A stretch of 64,000 bases of DNA from Desulfomonilia bacterium (GCA_050014195.1 JBEKDT010000005.1:64001-128000), one strand, 5' to 3'. Shown: positions 8,912 to 20,642, numbered from the stretch's first letter. Made by a program: numbers and translations. Notes: generated from the letters alone by a model not told the origin.

Positions 8912-10069
8912 CTATGGCCTGCTCAACCACTCATTGATGTGCTTGAGCCTTTCAGGCCAGGTGCCTGCGATGCGCTCCTGCAGGAAGGCGCAGAAGACAC
9001 TGTCAAAGAGCTGGAGGCCTGTTTCCAGAAGGCTCATACGCTCGTAGAACACGGCTATGCGTTCCTGGTCAGGGTCGGTGATCTCATCTCGTTCTATCTG
9101 GACCACCGGGCAGGCAAAAGAACCAAGGGCAAAGATATCGGCCTTCAATGAGACCTTCCAGGTACGCGGCTCCTTTTCCAGATAGATAAGGGCCTCTGTG
9201 ATGTTCTTGCCATCGCGGATGGCCCCCCTGGCCTCGGCGAATTCCCTCTGGACCCCGGTAATGGAACTCTTCCTCTTACCCTGCTCGTGCTCGGCCACCA
9301 GTACGAACTTGTCATGGAGATAGGCCATGAAACCCTCGCCCGTCTCCAGGGTGCCCTTCTGGTTGACCTGATATACCGAGCCGCTGCTGCTCGTCCGATG
9401 CATGAGCCACAGCAGAAAGTCCCATCCTACCCACCGGTTGCGCTTGATCTGTAGGAGGACATCCTTCGATGGCGCCTGGTCCGCCTTTTCAAGAAGACGG
9501 TGACTGCCCTCATCCAGCACCCGATAGGCCCTGCTCATGGGGTGTATCGGTTCCAAGGTCAGACCTGTGAAGGTCCTGGAAAAGGTGTCTTCCACCATGT
9601 CCAGCACCCGATCGCTGATGTTGGCGACCGTAAGTATGCCCGTATCCGCATTCCAGACCACATCATAGGTCATTGGTACGGGCAGGGTCTTGGAAAGAAG
9701 TGATGCATGGAGGTTCTCCCTGATTTCCGCCTTGCGCTTATATGGCATGCGCGATATGGCGGGCCGATCCGACAGCCATCTGGAACACTCCTTGTCCACG
9801 AAGTTCTTGAGCACCGCTGTCGGGACCTTGCGCTGGTCCCGTCGCAAGGTAAAGGCATAGTAGGGGTCACGCCGGAATACATTCTCATTGTCGAAATCGG
9901 CACTTGTGTGATCATCGAGGTTCACCCAGCCGAGGCCCTCCTCATCGGCGGTTGCATCGATGGGCATGAACTGGTTTTTGGCCAGGCATTCACGCACCCA
10001 GGACGCGTCTTTAGGCTCTCCGATGACCTTGTACTGATAGATGCTCACGGTGTTCGACATGATCCCCAT
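8912..10069 (-). CDS. rdgC: Recombination-associated RdgC-like protein
   Basis: EEGLGWV, FTLRRDQRKVP, YDVVWN, FSRTF motifs typical of deltaproteobacterial RdgC-like proteins; SD AAGGAGG before ATG 10069. Confidence 0.7.
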   Translation of the reverse strand: MGIMSNTVSIYQYKVIGEPKDASWVRECLAKNQFMPIDATADEEGLGWVNLDDHTSADFDNENVFRRDPYYAFTLRRDQRKVPTAVLKNFVDKECSRWLSDRPAISRMPYKRKAEIRENLHASLLSKTLPVPMTYDVVWNADTGILTVANISDRVLDMVEDTFSRTFTGLTLEPIHPMSRAYRVLDEGSHRLLEKADQAPSKDVLLQIKRNRWVGWDFLLWLMHRTSSSGSVYQVNQKGTLETGEGFMAYLHDKFVLVAEHEQGKRKSSITGVQREFAEARGAIRDGKNITEALIYLEKEPRTWKVSLKADIFALGSFACPVVQIERDEITDPDQERIAVFYERMSLLETGLQLFDSVFCAFLQERIAGTWPERLKHINEWLSRP

Positions 10070-10147
10070 ATACTTGCCTCCTTTCATCCAAAGGTCACCC
10101 CATATACGAAAGACCCATGAAAGGGCAAGCCTGGAAAAAATCCTTGA

Positions 10148-11521
10148 TCAGAAAAATCGTTTTACGAGCGGGAACTTGAAACGGTAGGGGGCATACCGCA
10201 AGGGAATATCGAATCGCATGGTGTTTTTTACAATGCTCTTCACATGGCTAAAGGTCTCGAAGCTGGTCCGGCCGTGGTACTTACCCATGCCGCTGTCCCC
10301 CACGCCGCCAAAGGGCAGGTAATGCGATGCAAAATGGACAATAGTGTCATTGATGCACATCCCGCCTGATGATGTACCTGATATGACACGATCCTGCTTC
10401 ACCTTGTCCCTGGTGAAAATATAGAGTGAAAGGGGCTTGGGCCGGTCATTCACGAAGTTGATGGCTTCATCAAGATCGGTATAAGAGATGACAGGCAGGA
10501 TGGGGCCGAATATCTCCTCGGTCATGATGGGGGCTTCCAGTGCGACATTGTCCATGACGGTCGGTGCGATGAATCTCTCATCCGGTTTGGTCCGGCCCCC
10601 GATCACGATATCTCCCTGGCTGAGATATGAACAAAGACGGTTGAAATGATTGCTGTTGATGATCCGGGCGTAGTCAGGGCTCAAGGATGGATCAGCGCCG
10701 TAAAATCTTCGTATCTGCTCCTTCAATGTTGCAAGAAATGCATCCTTGATTCCGGCATCCACCAAGAGATAATCCGGTGCTATACAGGTCTGGCCGGCAT
10801 TAAAAAATTTCCCCCACGCAATCCTTCGTGCAGCGTACTCCAAGTGGACATCTGCATCCACAATGCAAGGGGACTTCCCCCCGAGTTCGAGTGTCACAGG
10901 GGTGAGATGGTGCGATGCAGCCTCCATCACGATCTTGCCGACCCGTGTGCTTCCCGTATAGAAGATGTAATCAAAACGTTGCGCAAGGAGCTCTTGGGCT
11001 GTCTCCGGTCCTCCCGTGGCCACGGCAATGAAGCCTGGATGGAAGTTAGTGCTTATGATCTTTTCGATCGCTTCGGTCGTGGCCGGTGCCAACTCAGACG
11101 GCTTCACCACAGAGCAGTTCCCTGCAGCGACGGCCCCCACGAGCGGTGCTATGGCAAGCTGGAAAGGATAGTTCCATGGTGCAATGATAAGCACGACACC
11201 GAATGGCTCCTTGGCGATAGAACATAAGGACGGCAGTAACGGCCTTGCCGTCATAACCGCCTTAGGCCTTGTCCAGCAAGGAAGTTTTCGTGCGATGTAT
11301 TTTATTTCATTGAGGGTAGTGGCGATCTCGCTTGCGTAGGCCTCGAGCTTCGGCTTTCTCAAGTCGGATGCCAAGGCATCGAGGAGGAGACCCTCGTTGT
11401 CGCTGATGACACGATGGAGCTTCCCTAGTTGTTGAATCCTGAAAGAGATGTCCTTGGTTTTCCCCGAGGCAAAGAATTGCTTCTGCTTTACGATGATATC
11501 CTGAATGCTTGCATCCTGCAT
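10148..11521 (-). CDS. Aldehyde dehydrogenase (ALDH3/fatty aldehyde type)
   Basis: IAPWNYP, KPSE, FYTGSTRVG, LELGGKSP, NAGQTCIAPD, EEIFGP. Confidence 0.95.
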   Translation of the reverse strand: MQDASIQDIIVKQKQFFASGKTKDISFRIQQLGKLHRVISDNEGLLLDALASDLRKPKLEAYASEIATTLNEIKYIARKLPCWTRPKAVMTARPLLPSLCSIAKEPFGVVLIIAPWNYPFQLAIAPLVGAVAAGNCSVVKPSELAPATTEAIEKIISTNFHPGFIAVATGGPETAQELLAQRFDYIFYTGSTRVGKIVMEAASHHLTPVTLELGGKSPCIVDADVHLEYAARRIAWGKFFNAGQTCIAPDYLLVDAGIKDAFLATLKEQIRRFYGADPSLSPDYARIINSNHFNRLCSYLSQGDIVIGGRTKPDERFIAPTVMDNVALEAPIMTEEIFGPILPVISYTDLDEAINFVNDRPKPLSLYIFTRDKVKQDRVISGTSSGGMCINDTIVHFASHYLPFGGVGDSGMGKYHGRTSFETFSHVKSIVKNTMRFDIPLRYAPYRFKFPLVKRFF

Positions 11522-11629
11522 AGTATCCCCCTATTCATGTATCTATGAAAGAATAAGTAATGGCGATTCCGGAGGAAGGAAGTACCTGGGCTTTATCGAT
11601 TTACCAGAACACGTTATGGGGGCAATCTC

Positions 11630-12091
11630 ATGATGGTTTACCTGGTGCAGCACGGCAGGAGCCTCCCCAAGGAGGTGGACCCGGACAGGGATCTTACCGA
11701 CCAGGGCAGGGCCGAGGTAGAACGGGTTGCATCCAAGGCTCGCGGGATCGGGCTCAGCGTCGCACTTATCATCCACAGCGGGAAGACCAGGGCACTTAAG
11801 ACTGCAGAGATCCTTGCCTCCCGATTGACGCCCGGGAGTCAGCCGGTAATGGAGCCGGGTCTGAACCCGCATGATGACGTGGCGGCTTTTGCCGCGACAC
11901 TCCCCGCCAGGGATAACCTCATGGTGGTAGGCCACCTGCCCTTCATGGAGCGGCTCGTGTCGTATCTCATCACCGGGACGCCGGAAAAACCTGTGATCCG
12001 GTTCAGGAACGCAGGTATCGTATGTCTTGAGTACGACCGGATGGAAAATACCTGGGCCATCGAATGGGTGCTGACCCCGGAGATCGCCTGA
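11630..12091 (+). CDS. sixA: Phosphohistidine phosphatase SixA
   Basis: YLVQHG, LTDQG, HSGKTRA, VVGHLP motifs. Confidence 0.85.
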   Translation: MMVYLVQHGRSLPKEVDPDRDLTDQGRAEVERVASKARGIGLSVALIIHSGKTRALKTAEILASRLTPGSQPVMEPGLNPHDDVAAFAATLPARDNLMVVGHLPFMERLVSYLITGTPEKPVIRFRNAGIVCLEYDRMENTWAIEWVLTPEIA

Positions 12092-12096
12092 ATAGG

Positions 12097-12234
12097 ATGG
12101 AAAATCCCTCAGCACCGCATCTTCCGCAGATTTTTATCGGCACCTCGGGATGGAACTATGGCCACTGGAGAGGGGCCTTCTATCCGGAAAATCTTGCCAA
12201 GACAGATCTCATGGGCACATACAAGAAGAAGTAG
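12097..12234 (+). pseudogene. Truncated N-terminus of a DUF72 (YecE-like) protein
   Basis: Hand translation MENPSAPHLPQIFIGTSGWNYGHWRGAFYPENL...KKK*; IGTSGWxYxHWxGxFYP is the DUF72 N-terminal signature; stops after 45 aa. Confidence 0.7.
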
Positions 12235-12315
12235 AGAAACGGCATTCAATCTTCCTCCGAAACCATGACCTTGCAGGGCATTCCTTGATGCGGTCAACCC
12301 CTGCCAGGCGTATAT

Positions 12316-14871
12316 TTATCTGTCTGTCATCGCCTCCTGTATTTTCCTGGCAAAATCATTTAAACTGAAGGGTTTCTGGATAAAATGCACCCCTTCTTCC
12401 AGCACTCCGTGATGCACTATGACGTTTGAGGTATATCCGGACATGAAGAGTACCTTTATATCGGGTCGGATGATCCCGAGCTTGTCCCTGAGCTCCCTGC
12501 CGCTCATGCCCGGCATGACCACATCCGTGATCACAAGGTCGAAGCGGGCATCCTTTTCTTCGCATATGGAAAGGGCCTCCAGGGGACTCCCCACAGCCAG
12601 AACCGAATACCCTATGGTCTTAAGCATATCCGTTGTCATCTTGCGCATCAGATCGTCGTCTTCCACCAAAAGGATTTTGCCTGATCCCAAAGCCACCGGT
12701 TGTTCGAGGATCTCTTCAGAGACTTCCACTCCATCCATGCTCCTGGGAAGATAGATCTTGAAGGTGGTACCCTGCCCCTGCTCGCTGTAGACATTGATGA
12801 ATCCATTGTTCTGCTGGACGATCCCATACACGGTCGCAAGCCCGAGCCCAGTGCCCTTACCGATTTCTTTGGTGGTGAAAAAAGGTTCGAAAACATTTTG
12901 CAGGGTTTCCTTATCCATTCCCGACCCGTTATCGCTTACCGCCAGCAGTACATAGGGACCGGGTGTCGATCCGAGATGCACCCTGCAATAGTCTTCATTC
13001 ATGAGAATATTCGCCGTCTCAACAGTTAGTTTACCCCCATGGGGCATGGCGTCCCTGGCATTGACCGCCAGATTGACAAGGATCTGCTCCATCTGCGAGA
13101 GGTCGAACCTGATGCTCCAGAGGCCTTCCCCCGGATAGAAACGCAGATCTATGTCCTCACCGATGAGCCGGGCAAGGGTCTTTTGCGTGCTTGAGATGAG
13201 GTCGTTGAGATTCATGGGCCTGGGCGAGATGATCTGCTTACGGGAAAAGGCCAGGAGCTGGGCGGTGATGTCCTTGGACCTTCCGGCCGCCCTCTCAATC
13301 TCCATTAAATCGTGCAGCAAGGGATTGTCCGGTTCCAGACGGAGCTTAATCAATTCCGTATATCCGAGAATAACGCTGAGCATATTGTTAAAATCATGCG
13401 CCACCCCACCTGCAAGGCGTCCCACAGACTCCATTTTCTGTGCCTGAAGCAGTTGGGCCTCAAGCTTTGCTTTTTCATCTTCCGCCCGCTTGCGCTCGGT
13501 GATATCCCTTGCCAGGACACGGAAACCTTTGGGACGGCCTGCATGGTCTCGCAGGATTGTAGAATTCGCTTGATGGGTGCGGACAGATCCGTCCTTGCGG
13601 ATAACTTCATAATCCATCAAAAACTCGGTTTTCCCGGTCTCAAACATCGGGTGGTAAACCTCATACATATGCCGTGCCGTTTCAGGAGAGTGGTAGTTTC
13701 GATAATTCATGCCGACTAATTCATCGCGTTCATATCCCAACAGCCTGCAGCCGGCATCGTTGACAAAGGTGAATGATCCCTTGAGATCAACCTCATAATA
13801 CCCTTCTTCCATGGTATCCAATATTGTCCTGTAGCGCTCTTCACTCAGGCGAAGCGCGTCCTCGGCCTTTTTACGCTCGGTCACATCCCTCACCAAGATA
13901 CGGAAACCCTTTGGCTCTCCTGCATGGTCTCGCAGGAGTGCGGCATTCGCTTGATGGGTGCGGACAGACCCGTCCTTGCGGATAATTTCATAATCCATCA
14001 TGAACTCCGGGTTACCTGACTCAAATATCCGGTGATAAACCTCATACATATGCCGTGCCGTTTCAGGAGAGGAGTAGTTACGATAAGTCATGCCTATCAA
14101 TTCATCACGATCGTACCCCATCAGCCGGCAGCCGGCATCGTTGATAAAGGTGAGTGTACCCTTAAGATCATCCTCGAAATACCCTTCTTCCATGGTATCC
14201 AGGATGGTTCGATATCTCTCCTCGCTCTTCTTGAGAGCCTGTTCCGCTTCGATCCGCTCTGTGACATCCCTTCCCACGCCCCAGAATCCGATGGGCTCGC
14301 CCGAAGGACTGAGCATCAGGGAGATGGACATGTCAATTATCCTCCTAGACCCATCCTTTCTGATGATCACATGATCGAGACTTCGTTTCGGTCTGCCCGT
14401 GCGATAGATCTCGTTGAAGAACTGGTAAGCCCGCTTGGCCGTCTCCGGTGTGGTATAGGCCTTGTAATTCATGCCCATGAGTTCCTGGCGTGAATACCCA
14501 TGGTCCTCGCACAGGGAGTCATTGAAAAAGGTATAGTTGCCTTTCAGGTCAATCTCGAAGTATGATTCCTGCATACTTTCAAGGATAGTGCGGTACTTCT
14601 TCTCGCTCTCACGGATAGTTTCTTCGGCTTGTTTGCGCTTGGTGAAATCGCAGCCAATGGTATTCATCATCTTGTTAAGCGCATCTGCCAGAGCATCTAT
14701 CTCATCATTCTTATCCGTTAACTCAAGCCGGAGCGAACAATCTCCTGTGGCAGCCCTCATGACTGCGTCAGTCATTGTTCTTATGCGTTCCTTTTTTGAT
14801 TTCCCGGCCATATGTATTGGAACCTTTAATCCTTTCTCGTTAAAATATAAGCCACCATGCCTCAAAATCAA
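12316..14871 (-). CDS. Cytoplasmic hybrid histidine kinase (HAMP-like, 3 PAS/PAC, HisKA, HATPase, REC)
   Basis: [45 protein letters not shown]; start may be ATG 14811. Confidence 0.93.
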   Translation of the reverse strand: MILRHGGLYFNEKGLKVPIHMAGKSKKERIRTMTDAVMRAATGDCSLRLELTDKNDEIDALADALNKMMNTIGCDFTKRKQAEETIRESEKKYRTILESMQESYFEIDLKGNYTFFNDSLCEDHGYSRQELMGMNYKAYTTPETAKRAYQFFNEIYRTGRPKRSLDHVIIRKDGSRRIIDMSISLMLSPSGEPIGFWGVGRDVTERIEAEQALKKSEERYRTILDTMEEGYFEDDLKGTLTFINDAGCRLMGYDRDELIGMTYRNYSSPETARHMYEVYHRIFESGNPEFMMDYEIIRKDGSVRTHQANAALLRDHAGEPKGFRILVRDVTERKKAEDALRLSEERYRTILDTMEEGYYEVDLKGSFTFVNDAGCRLLGYERDELVGMNYRNYHSPETARHMYEVYHPMFETGKTEFLMDYEVIRKDGSVRTHQANSTILRDHAGRPKGFRVLARDITERKRAEDEKAKLEAQLLQAQKMESVGRLAGGVAHDFNNMLSVILGYTELIKLRLEPDNPLLHDLMEIERAAGRSKDITAQLLAFSRKQIISPRPMNLNDLISSTQKTLARLIGEDIDLRFYPGEGLWSIRFDLSQMEQILVNLAVNARDAMPHGGKLTVETANILMNEDYCRVHLGSTPGPYVLLAVSDNGSGMDKETLQNVFEPFFTTKEIGKGTGLGLATVYGIVQQNNGFINVYSEQGQGTTFKIYLPRSMDGVEVSEEILEQPVALGSGKILLVEDDDLMRKMTTDMLKTIGYSVLAVGSPLEALSICEEKDARFDLVITDVVMPGMSGRELRDKLGIIRPDIKVLFMSGYTSNVIVHHGVLEEGVHFIQKPFSLNDFARKIQEAMTDR
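13490..14251. repeat. Tandem 381-nt duplication encoding two near-identical PAS/PAC domains
   Basis: Blocks recur at an exact 381-nt offset (gcatggtctc 13541/13922; cccttcttccatggtatcca 13801/14182). Confidence 0.9.
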
Positions 14872-15042
14872 TCATGGCCTGGAAACACATGTTCTTGAGG
14901 CGCTCAAAGGGAATTATTATTTTAGTAAATAATACTACATTTCCATCCATGTCACCTTCCCATTTTTGAAAATCCCCCTGCCGCATACACGGCCTTTGTG
15001 ATAACAATGACCTTACTGTGTAGAGCCCGGCGAGGTAAGGGC

Positions 15043-15969
15043 ATGCATAAACCGGCATATAGAGTGCTCCATGCCAAGGGGCTTCTTAGGGACAGGGCGG
15101 CAAAGGGCTTAGCGCTTCTTGAGAATTGCAAATCGTGCCCACGCTCATGCGGGGTTAACCGGCTCCAAGGTGAGATGGGCTTCTGCAAGACTCTCAGGCT
15201 TGCAAAGGTGGCGAGCTTCGGCCCGCACTTCGGCGAAGAGGCACCGCTGGTAGGCACACATGGATCAGGCACTATCTTTTTCAGCTCGTGCAACCTGCTC
15301 TGCTCATTCTGCCAGAACCATGACATCAGCCACTTGCGCGAAGGTGATGAGGTAAATGCTCCGGAGCTCGCCGGCATGATGCTGGACCTTCAGGACAGCG
15401 GATGCCACAATATAAACTTCGTAACGCCATCACACGTGGTCCCCCAGATCCTGGAGGCCCTTGTCCTTGCTGCAGATGCAGGGCTTAACCTACCGCTGGT
15501 CTACAACACCGGCGGCTATGATGCCCTGGAGACCATCAGGCTGCTGGACGGCGTGTTCGACATCTATATGCCCGACTTCAAGTTCTGGGAAGAAGAGCCT
15601 GCAAAAACATTCTGCGCAGCACCGGATTATCGGCAGTTTGCTATTGCTGCCTTCAAAGAGATGCATGACCAGGTGGGGGACCTTGTCTTAGATGAACACG
15701 TCATCGCCCAAAGAGGTCTGCTCGTGCGGCACTTGGTTATGCCGGTCGGCCTAGCAGGTACGGAAGAGGTCATGCGATTTCTCGCCCAAGAGATCTCGAT
15801 GAACACCTATGTGAACATCATGGACCAGTATCACCCCTGCTACAAGGCTGAATCAGATCCGAGAATAGATAGGAAGATCACGGCTGCCGAATACGAGGAT
15901 GCCTTGGAATCAGCACTGAGGGGCGGGATACACAGAATCGATTCTCGATCAAGGTTCAAATTGATTTAA
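15043..15969 (+). CDS. Radical SAM protein, PflX-like
   Basis: CPRSCGVNR, HFGEE, CNLLCSFCQN (CxxxCxxC), NINFVTP, DIYMPDFK, VRHLVMP. Confidence 0.9.
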   Translation: MHKPAYRVLHAKGLLRDRAAKGLALLENCKSCPRSCGVNRLQGEMGFCKTLRLAKVASFGPHFGEEAPLVGTHGSGTIFFSSCNLLCSFCQNHDISHLREGDEVNAPELAGMMLDLQDSGCHNINFVTPSHVVPQILEALVLAADAGLNLPLVYNTGGYDALETIRLLDGVFDIYMPDFKFWEEEPAKTFCAAPDYRQFAIAAFKEMHDQVGDLVLDEHVIAQRGLLVRHLVMPVGLAGTEEVMRFLAQEISMNTYVNIMDQYHPCYKAESDPRIDRKITAAEYEDALESALRGGIHRIDSRSRFKLI

Positions 15970-15984
15970 ATGATGATAAGGGAT

Positions 15985-16377
15985 TTAGATCAAGTTAAGT
16001 TCCCGGAGTTTATTGAGGAGCTTCTGTTTATCGACTGGCTTGAGAAGATACCAGTCGGCCCCTGCCTTCATGGCATTTTTTATATCATCCGACTCGGATA
16101 AAGACGAAGTCATTGTTATGTAAACCTTATTCATCTGCTTCACCCCCATTTGTGTTTCCATCTCGCGGATCTTTCTTACCGCCTCATGTCCATCCATGTT
16201 GGGCATCATGATATCCATGCAGATGAGGTCATACGGCTTGTTTTCTTCCCATGCCATTTGAAAGGCCTGGACGGCCTCGTTCCCATCTATCACCACATGA
16301 CATGTTCCATATGGTGAGAAGATCTGTTGAAAGAGCATGCGGCTGGTAAAATCATCATCGGCGATGAGCATCTTCAT
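15985..16377 (-). CDS. Single-domain response regulator (CheY-like)
   Basis: LIADDD, DLICMDIMMPNMDG, LLKPV. Confidence 0.9.
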   Translation of the reverse strand: MKMLIADDDFTSRMLFQQIFSPYGTCHVVIDGNEAVQAFQMAWEENKPYDLICMDIMMPNMDGHEAVRKIREMETQMGVKQMNKVYITMTSSLSESDDIKNAMKAGADWYLLKPVDKQKLLNKLRELNLI

Positions 16378-16390
16378 GTCTTATCTCCCG

Positions 16391-16783
16391 TTAAGAAACC
16401 CCAAACTGCTTTAGGATGTCATCCAATCTAGCCCTGTCGACAGGTTTGTCCAGATAAGCATCACAGAGTTCGTGCAGCGATGCAAAGGCATTATCTTCAT
16501 CCATGAGGCCTGTGGTGACGATGATCTTTACCCTGTCGGCAATGGAAATACCTTGTGCCTCTTCCGCACTGCGGATCTCCTTGAGCACCTCCTGGCCGTC
16601 CATTTCGGGCATCAGGTAGTCTAGACATATGAGGTTGAAGGGACTGCCCTGCGCTAAGGCCGTGCTAAATGCCTCAAGGGCCTCCCTGCCGTCTTCGGCA
16701 ATATGGCACTGCCCATAGGGGCTGAGCATCTTCTGAAGCAGGACGCGGCTGGTGAAATCATCTTCTGCAATGAGGATCTTCAT
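16391..16783 (-). CDS. Single-domain response regulator (CheY-like), paralog of the neighbour
   Basis: ILIAEDD, LICLDYLMPEMDG, LDKPV. Confidence 0.9.
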   Translation of the reverse strand: MKILIAEDDFTSRVLLQKMLSPYGQCHIAEDGREALEAFSTALAQGSPFNLICLDYLMPEMDGQEVLKEIRSAEEAQGISIADRVKIIVTTGLMDEDNAFASLHELCDAYLDKPVDRARLDDILKQFGVS

Positions 16784-16807
16784 CTCCTTCTCCTTTTTTA
16801 CAAATCG

Positions 16808-19800
16808 TTATGCCCATCCAGTCCGTTTCAGGGTTTCTCTCAAGACCTCGAACTGCTCTTCAATCCCGGGCATGAGTACGGCCGCCCGCTCAAGGTCTCC
16901 TCCTTTCCCTGCCTTCTCCATCTCAAGGGCCGCATCTCGGAGATTATTGCAGCTTACATTGGCTGCAGCCCCTTTGATAGTATGCGCCTGCCGCTGCACG
17001 GAAGGGACATCACCATGAGCCAGATAGTCTTTTAATGCAAGGATCTGTTTGTGGATATCATTCAGGAACCCGACAACGATGGACTTGGCCAGTTCCTCGT
17101 CCCCCATGAGCCTCTTAAGGAGATCCTCGGCGTTGAATATGTCTTTTTGCCCATTGCCATCAGTTGTCTCCCCCTGAACTTTAGTGGCATGTACCTCTCC
17201 TGTCTCTTTTTCCAAAGGATTCTTGCCCAGCCATTTTATCAGCATATCTGAGAGTTCCCTCGGCTGGACAGGTTTTGCCAGGTAATCGTTCATACCTGCA
17301 TTGAGACATTTCTCCCGATCCCCCTCCATGGCATTGGCCGTCATGGCAATAATGGGGACAACCTTGTTGATAACACCCGTTTCAGGATTCCGTATCCGCT
17401 GTGAGGCTTCATAGCCGTCCATCTCGGGCATCTGACAATCCATCAGGACAAGGTCATAGGGGATGCCCTGCAAGGCCTTGACGGCCTCCTTGCCGTTGGC
17501 CACTGCATCGGCCCTGTAGCCTATCTTTTTTAGAATGGATAGGGCCACTACTTGGTTGGTCGGATTGTCATCGGCCAGGAGGATGCGGATACGCGCCTTC
17601 TGTGCCTCTGTAATGGTATGCCGGGTGACCAGACCCTCTGCCGAGCCCTTGACCTTGTTCACCCTCCGGCCAAGAACCAGCTCAAGACATTCATGAAGCT
17701 GAGACTGGCGGATGGGCTTGGACAGGTATCCTGAAAAACCGATCTGTTCCAGTCTGGCCGCATCACCCCGCTGCCCCAGCGATGTCATCATGATCAAAAG
17801 CGTTGAGCTCACATCCGGGGCTTCCTTGATCCGCCGGCCGAGCTCCTCCCCGTTCATGCCGGGCATGGCAGGATCAAGAACGGCAACCAAGAAGGGATCG
17901 CCGCCGTGAGCTGAAGCACGAAGCTTGGAGAGGGCTTCTTCCCCATCGGCGGCCTCATCATATCTTAATCCCCACGATTTGAGGAGTGTGGCCATCAACA
18001 GCAGGTTCGTCTCATGGCTATCCACCACGAGCACCTTGACCCCGGAAAGATCTGCAAAATGCATGGCAGGCGGGGCGCTACCTTCCGGCTGTTTTTCAAA
18101 CACGGAGGTGAACCAGAAGGTGGAACCTTTGCCTTCTTTGCTTTCCACACCGATCCGGCCTCCCATCAGCTCAGCGAGTTGTTTTGAAATCGCCAGGCCC
18201 AGGCCGGTGCCCCCATATCTGCGGGTGGTGGAGTTATCCGCCTGGACAAAGGGCGAGAAGAGCTGCCCGATGCGGTCTTTGGAGATGCCTACGCCTTTGT
18301 CGGTCACCGTGAAGAGGACCGTGGCCGTATGCTCGTCTTGTGATTCCAGCATCGCCCGGATGGAGACCTCCCCTTCTGAGGTGAATTTCACCGCATTACC
18401 CGACAGGTTGATGAGGACCTGGCGCAGACGCCCCGGGTCGCCCCGGAGCCAGGAAGGCACGTCCGGATCGACCAGACAGCATATTTCCAGTCCTTTTTCC
18501 TCCGCCCTTATTGCCAGCAATTCGGCAGTGTCTTCCATAACCGTGCGCAGATCAAAGTCAAGTTTTTCCAGCACCATCTTGTGCGCCTCGATCTTGGAGA
18601 AGTCCAGGATTTCATTGATGATGGATAAAAGGGCTTCACCACTCGATCTCACGATTTGGGCATACTTGCGCTGCTCGGAGGTAAGCTCGGTATCCAGGAG
18701 GAGGCCGGTCATGCCGATCACGCCGTTCATGGGCGTCCGGATCTCATGGCTCATGTTGGCCAGGAATACACCCTTGGCGGTGTTGGCAAGTTCTGCCTGG
18801 ACGGCCAGTTCGATACATTGCATGTTGGTCTGCTCCAGCAGGAGGTTTGTTTCTTCCAGCTTCTTCTTCGACTGGAACAGTTCATCCTCTGCCTGCTTTT
18901 TTTCAGTGATATCCCGTGCGACGACGCGGAACCCCGTAACCGTCTCACCGTCAAAAATGAGACTCACGTCCTGCCATAGCCAGATCCTCCGGCCTTCCCT
19001 GGTGATGGCCGGGGTCTCATAATAGCTGGTCGGGATCTTCTTCACAAACTGCCGGCCGAACAACCTGGAGTGCTCTTTGTGGTATTCCGGAGGGAGGAAT
19101 TCCAAGTAGTGTTTACCGATGATTTCGTCTAAGGTGTGTCCGAAGAACTTAGCCGCAGCGGGATTATGGAACCGGATGTACCCGGATGCATCGGTCTCGT
19201 AAATCAAGTCGCTGGCGTTTTCTACGAGTCGGCGGTAGCGTTCCTCGCTGAGTCTCAGGAGTTCTTCCGAACGCTTGCGTTCGGTGATGTCCTCCTTCAC
19301 ACCCAGATAGCTCGTGATCGTACCGTTTCCATCAATGACCGGCGAGATGGATGCATGCTCCCAGTACAGCTCGCCGTTCTTCTTGCGATTGTACAACTCT
19401 CCTGTCCATGTATTGCCTGCGGTTATCGTCCGCCAGAGCTCCTGGTAGACCTCTGGCGGCATCTTATCCGATTTGAGGATGCGGGGGTTTTTCCCAAAAG
19501 CCTCTTCCCGAGAATACCCGGTGACTTCCTCGAATTTGGGATTGACATATTCAATACTGCCCTGGGTGTCGGTGATAACGATGGAGGCAGGGCTCTGCTC
19601 GATGGCCCTCATGAGCTTCCGCAACTCCTGATCGGCCCGCCGGCGTTCCGTGATGTCTATATTGGTCCCCTCTATATAGGACAGCCTCCCGTCGCCGCCT
19701 TTTACGGCCCGGGCATTTATCAAAATCCAGAACAACGACCCGTCCTTCCGTCTGACCTGAACCTCATAATCCTTGACAACGCCTCTCTCGATTAGTTGTA

Positions 19801-20368
19801 CGACTATTTTCTTTCCGATCGTCGGTTCAACAAACTGCTGATTGCCGATGTCGGAGACTTCAGAAATCATCTCCTCGGGAGAGGCGTATCCGAACATCTT
19901 GGCCAGGGCAGGATTCACACTGCTATATCGGCCTTCAAGGGTTGTCTGGAAGATTCCTTCAACTGCATTATCAAAGATGTCCCGGTATTTCTGCTCACTT
20001 TCACGAAGCGCTTCTTCCGCCCTCCTGCGCTCGGTAATGTCCTGGGCCGAACAGACCATGTATTCGACATTTCCCTCCGGATCCAGTTTCGGGGTTTTTG
20101 TAATGATCAGAAGACGTTTTTCCCCTCGGGCGTTGGTCATCCATTCCTCTGTGTAGGTCGAATGTTTTGCTGCAAAAGCCTTCTTGTTGGCATTGACATA
20201 ATCCCCGGCAGTACCTTCAGGAATGATCTCCCACAGGGTCATGTTTTCGATGGCTTCCTTCGGATGCCCCAGGAAAGCAGCATGGGCATCGTTCACCCTT
20301 CCATAGGTCTCTTCGTCCTTCAGATACCATACCTGGATCTCGATGGTGTCCAGAATAAAATGGGTCAT
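16808..20368 (-). CDS. Unorthodox hybrid histidine kinase (4 PAS, HisKA, HATPase, 2 REC, Hpt)
   Basis: [48 protein letters not shown]. Confidence 0.95.
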   Translation of the reverse strand: MTHFILDTIEIQVWYLKDEETYGRVNDAHAAFLGHPKEAIENMTLWEIIPEGTAGDYVNANKKAFAAKHSTYTEEWMTNARGEKRLLIITKTPKLDPEGNVEYMVCSAQDITERRRAEEALRESEQKYRDIFDNAVEGIFQTTLEGRYSSVNPALAKMFGYASPEEMISEVSDIGNQQFVEPTIGKKIVVQLIERGVVKDYEVQVRRKDGSLFWILINARAVKGGDGRLSYIEGTNIDITERRRADQELRKLMRAIEQSPASIVITDTQGSIEYVNPKFEEVTGYSREEAFGKNPRILKSDKMPPEVYQELWRTITAGNTWTGELYNRKKNGELYWEHASISPVIDGNGTITSYLGVKEDITERKRSEELLRLSEERYRRLVENASDLIYETDASGYIRFHNPAAAKFFGHTLDEIIGKHYLEFLPPEYHKEHSRLFGRQFVKKIPTSYYETPAITREGRRIWLWQDVSLIFDGETVTGFRVVARDITEKKQAEDELFQSKKKLEETNLLLEQTNMQCIELAVQAELANTAKGVFLANMSHEIRTPMNGVIGMTGLLLDTELTSEQRKYAQIVRSSGEALLSIINEILDFSKIEAHKMVLEKLDFDLRTVMEDTAELLAIRAEEKGLEICCLVDPDVPSWLRGDPGRLRQVLINLSGNAVKFTSEGEVSIRAMLESQDEHTATVLFTVTDKGVGISKDRIGQLFSPFVQADNSTTRRYGGTGLGLAISKQLAELMGGRIGVESKEGKGSTFWFTSVFEKQPEGSAPPAMHFADLSGVKVLVVDSHETNLLLMATLLKSWGLRYDEAADGEEALSKLRASAHGGDPFLVAVLDPAMPGMNGEELGRRIKEAPDVSSTLLIMMTSLGQRGDAARLEQIGFSGYLSKPIRQSQLHECLELVLGRRVNKVKGSAEGLVTRHTITEAQKARIRILLADDNPTNQVVALSILKKIGYRADAVANGKEAVKALQGIPYDLVLMDCQMPEMDGYEASQRIRNPETGVINKVVPIIAMTANAMEGDREKCLNAGMNDYLAKPVQPRELSDMLIKWLGKNPLEKETGEVHATKVQGETTDGNGQKDIFNAEDLLKRLMGDEELAKSIVVGFLNDIHKQILALKDYLAHGDVPSVQRQAHTIKGAAANVSCNNLRDAALEMEKAGKGGDLERAAVLMPGIEEQFEVLRETLKRTGWA

Positions 20369-20614
20369 AGCGTTATTCCTTCAATACTAAAGGATCGATG
20401 AGATGTCGTATCCTTGCAGGACTTTCTGAATATACCCTTTCTGATCCCAGGATATATGAACATGTCTTCCATCTGTTCCGATACCCGCCCGGTTTTTATG
20501 GCCCCCATCTTGTGACCTATTTCGGCATTATAGATTTTTATACTTAACGGCTTGACTTTGGCTGTCCTCGAAACGATTTTATGAATATTAAACAGAAACA
20601 ATCGATGAATGTAT

Positions 20615-20642
20615 TCAAGAATAATCTATCCGACTCCGATTC
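20615..20642 (+). promoter_or_regulatory. Putative sigma28-type promoter of the SpoIIE/RsbW/STAS-che operon
   Basis: TCAA-N16-TCCGATTC, about 60 nt before ATG 20701. Confidence 0.5.

Noticed and set aside
8906-8914. Pyrrolysine readthrough fusing RdgC to HD-GYP
   Set aside because: No pyl genes in the window, and the fragment lacks catalytic motifs; a deletion scar is simpler
17925-19022. Long + strand ORF (365 aa) inside the hybrid kinase; likewise antisense ORFs at 23483-24268, 25575-26429, 26550-27305, 27595-28662
   Set aside because: Antisense shadows of well-supported genes, Ser/Arg-rich with no motifs
20365-20601. 78-aa ORF upstream of the hybrid kinase
   Set aside because: No recognisable motif; lies in AT-rich DNA carrying promoter-like motifs
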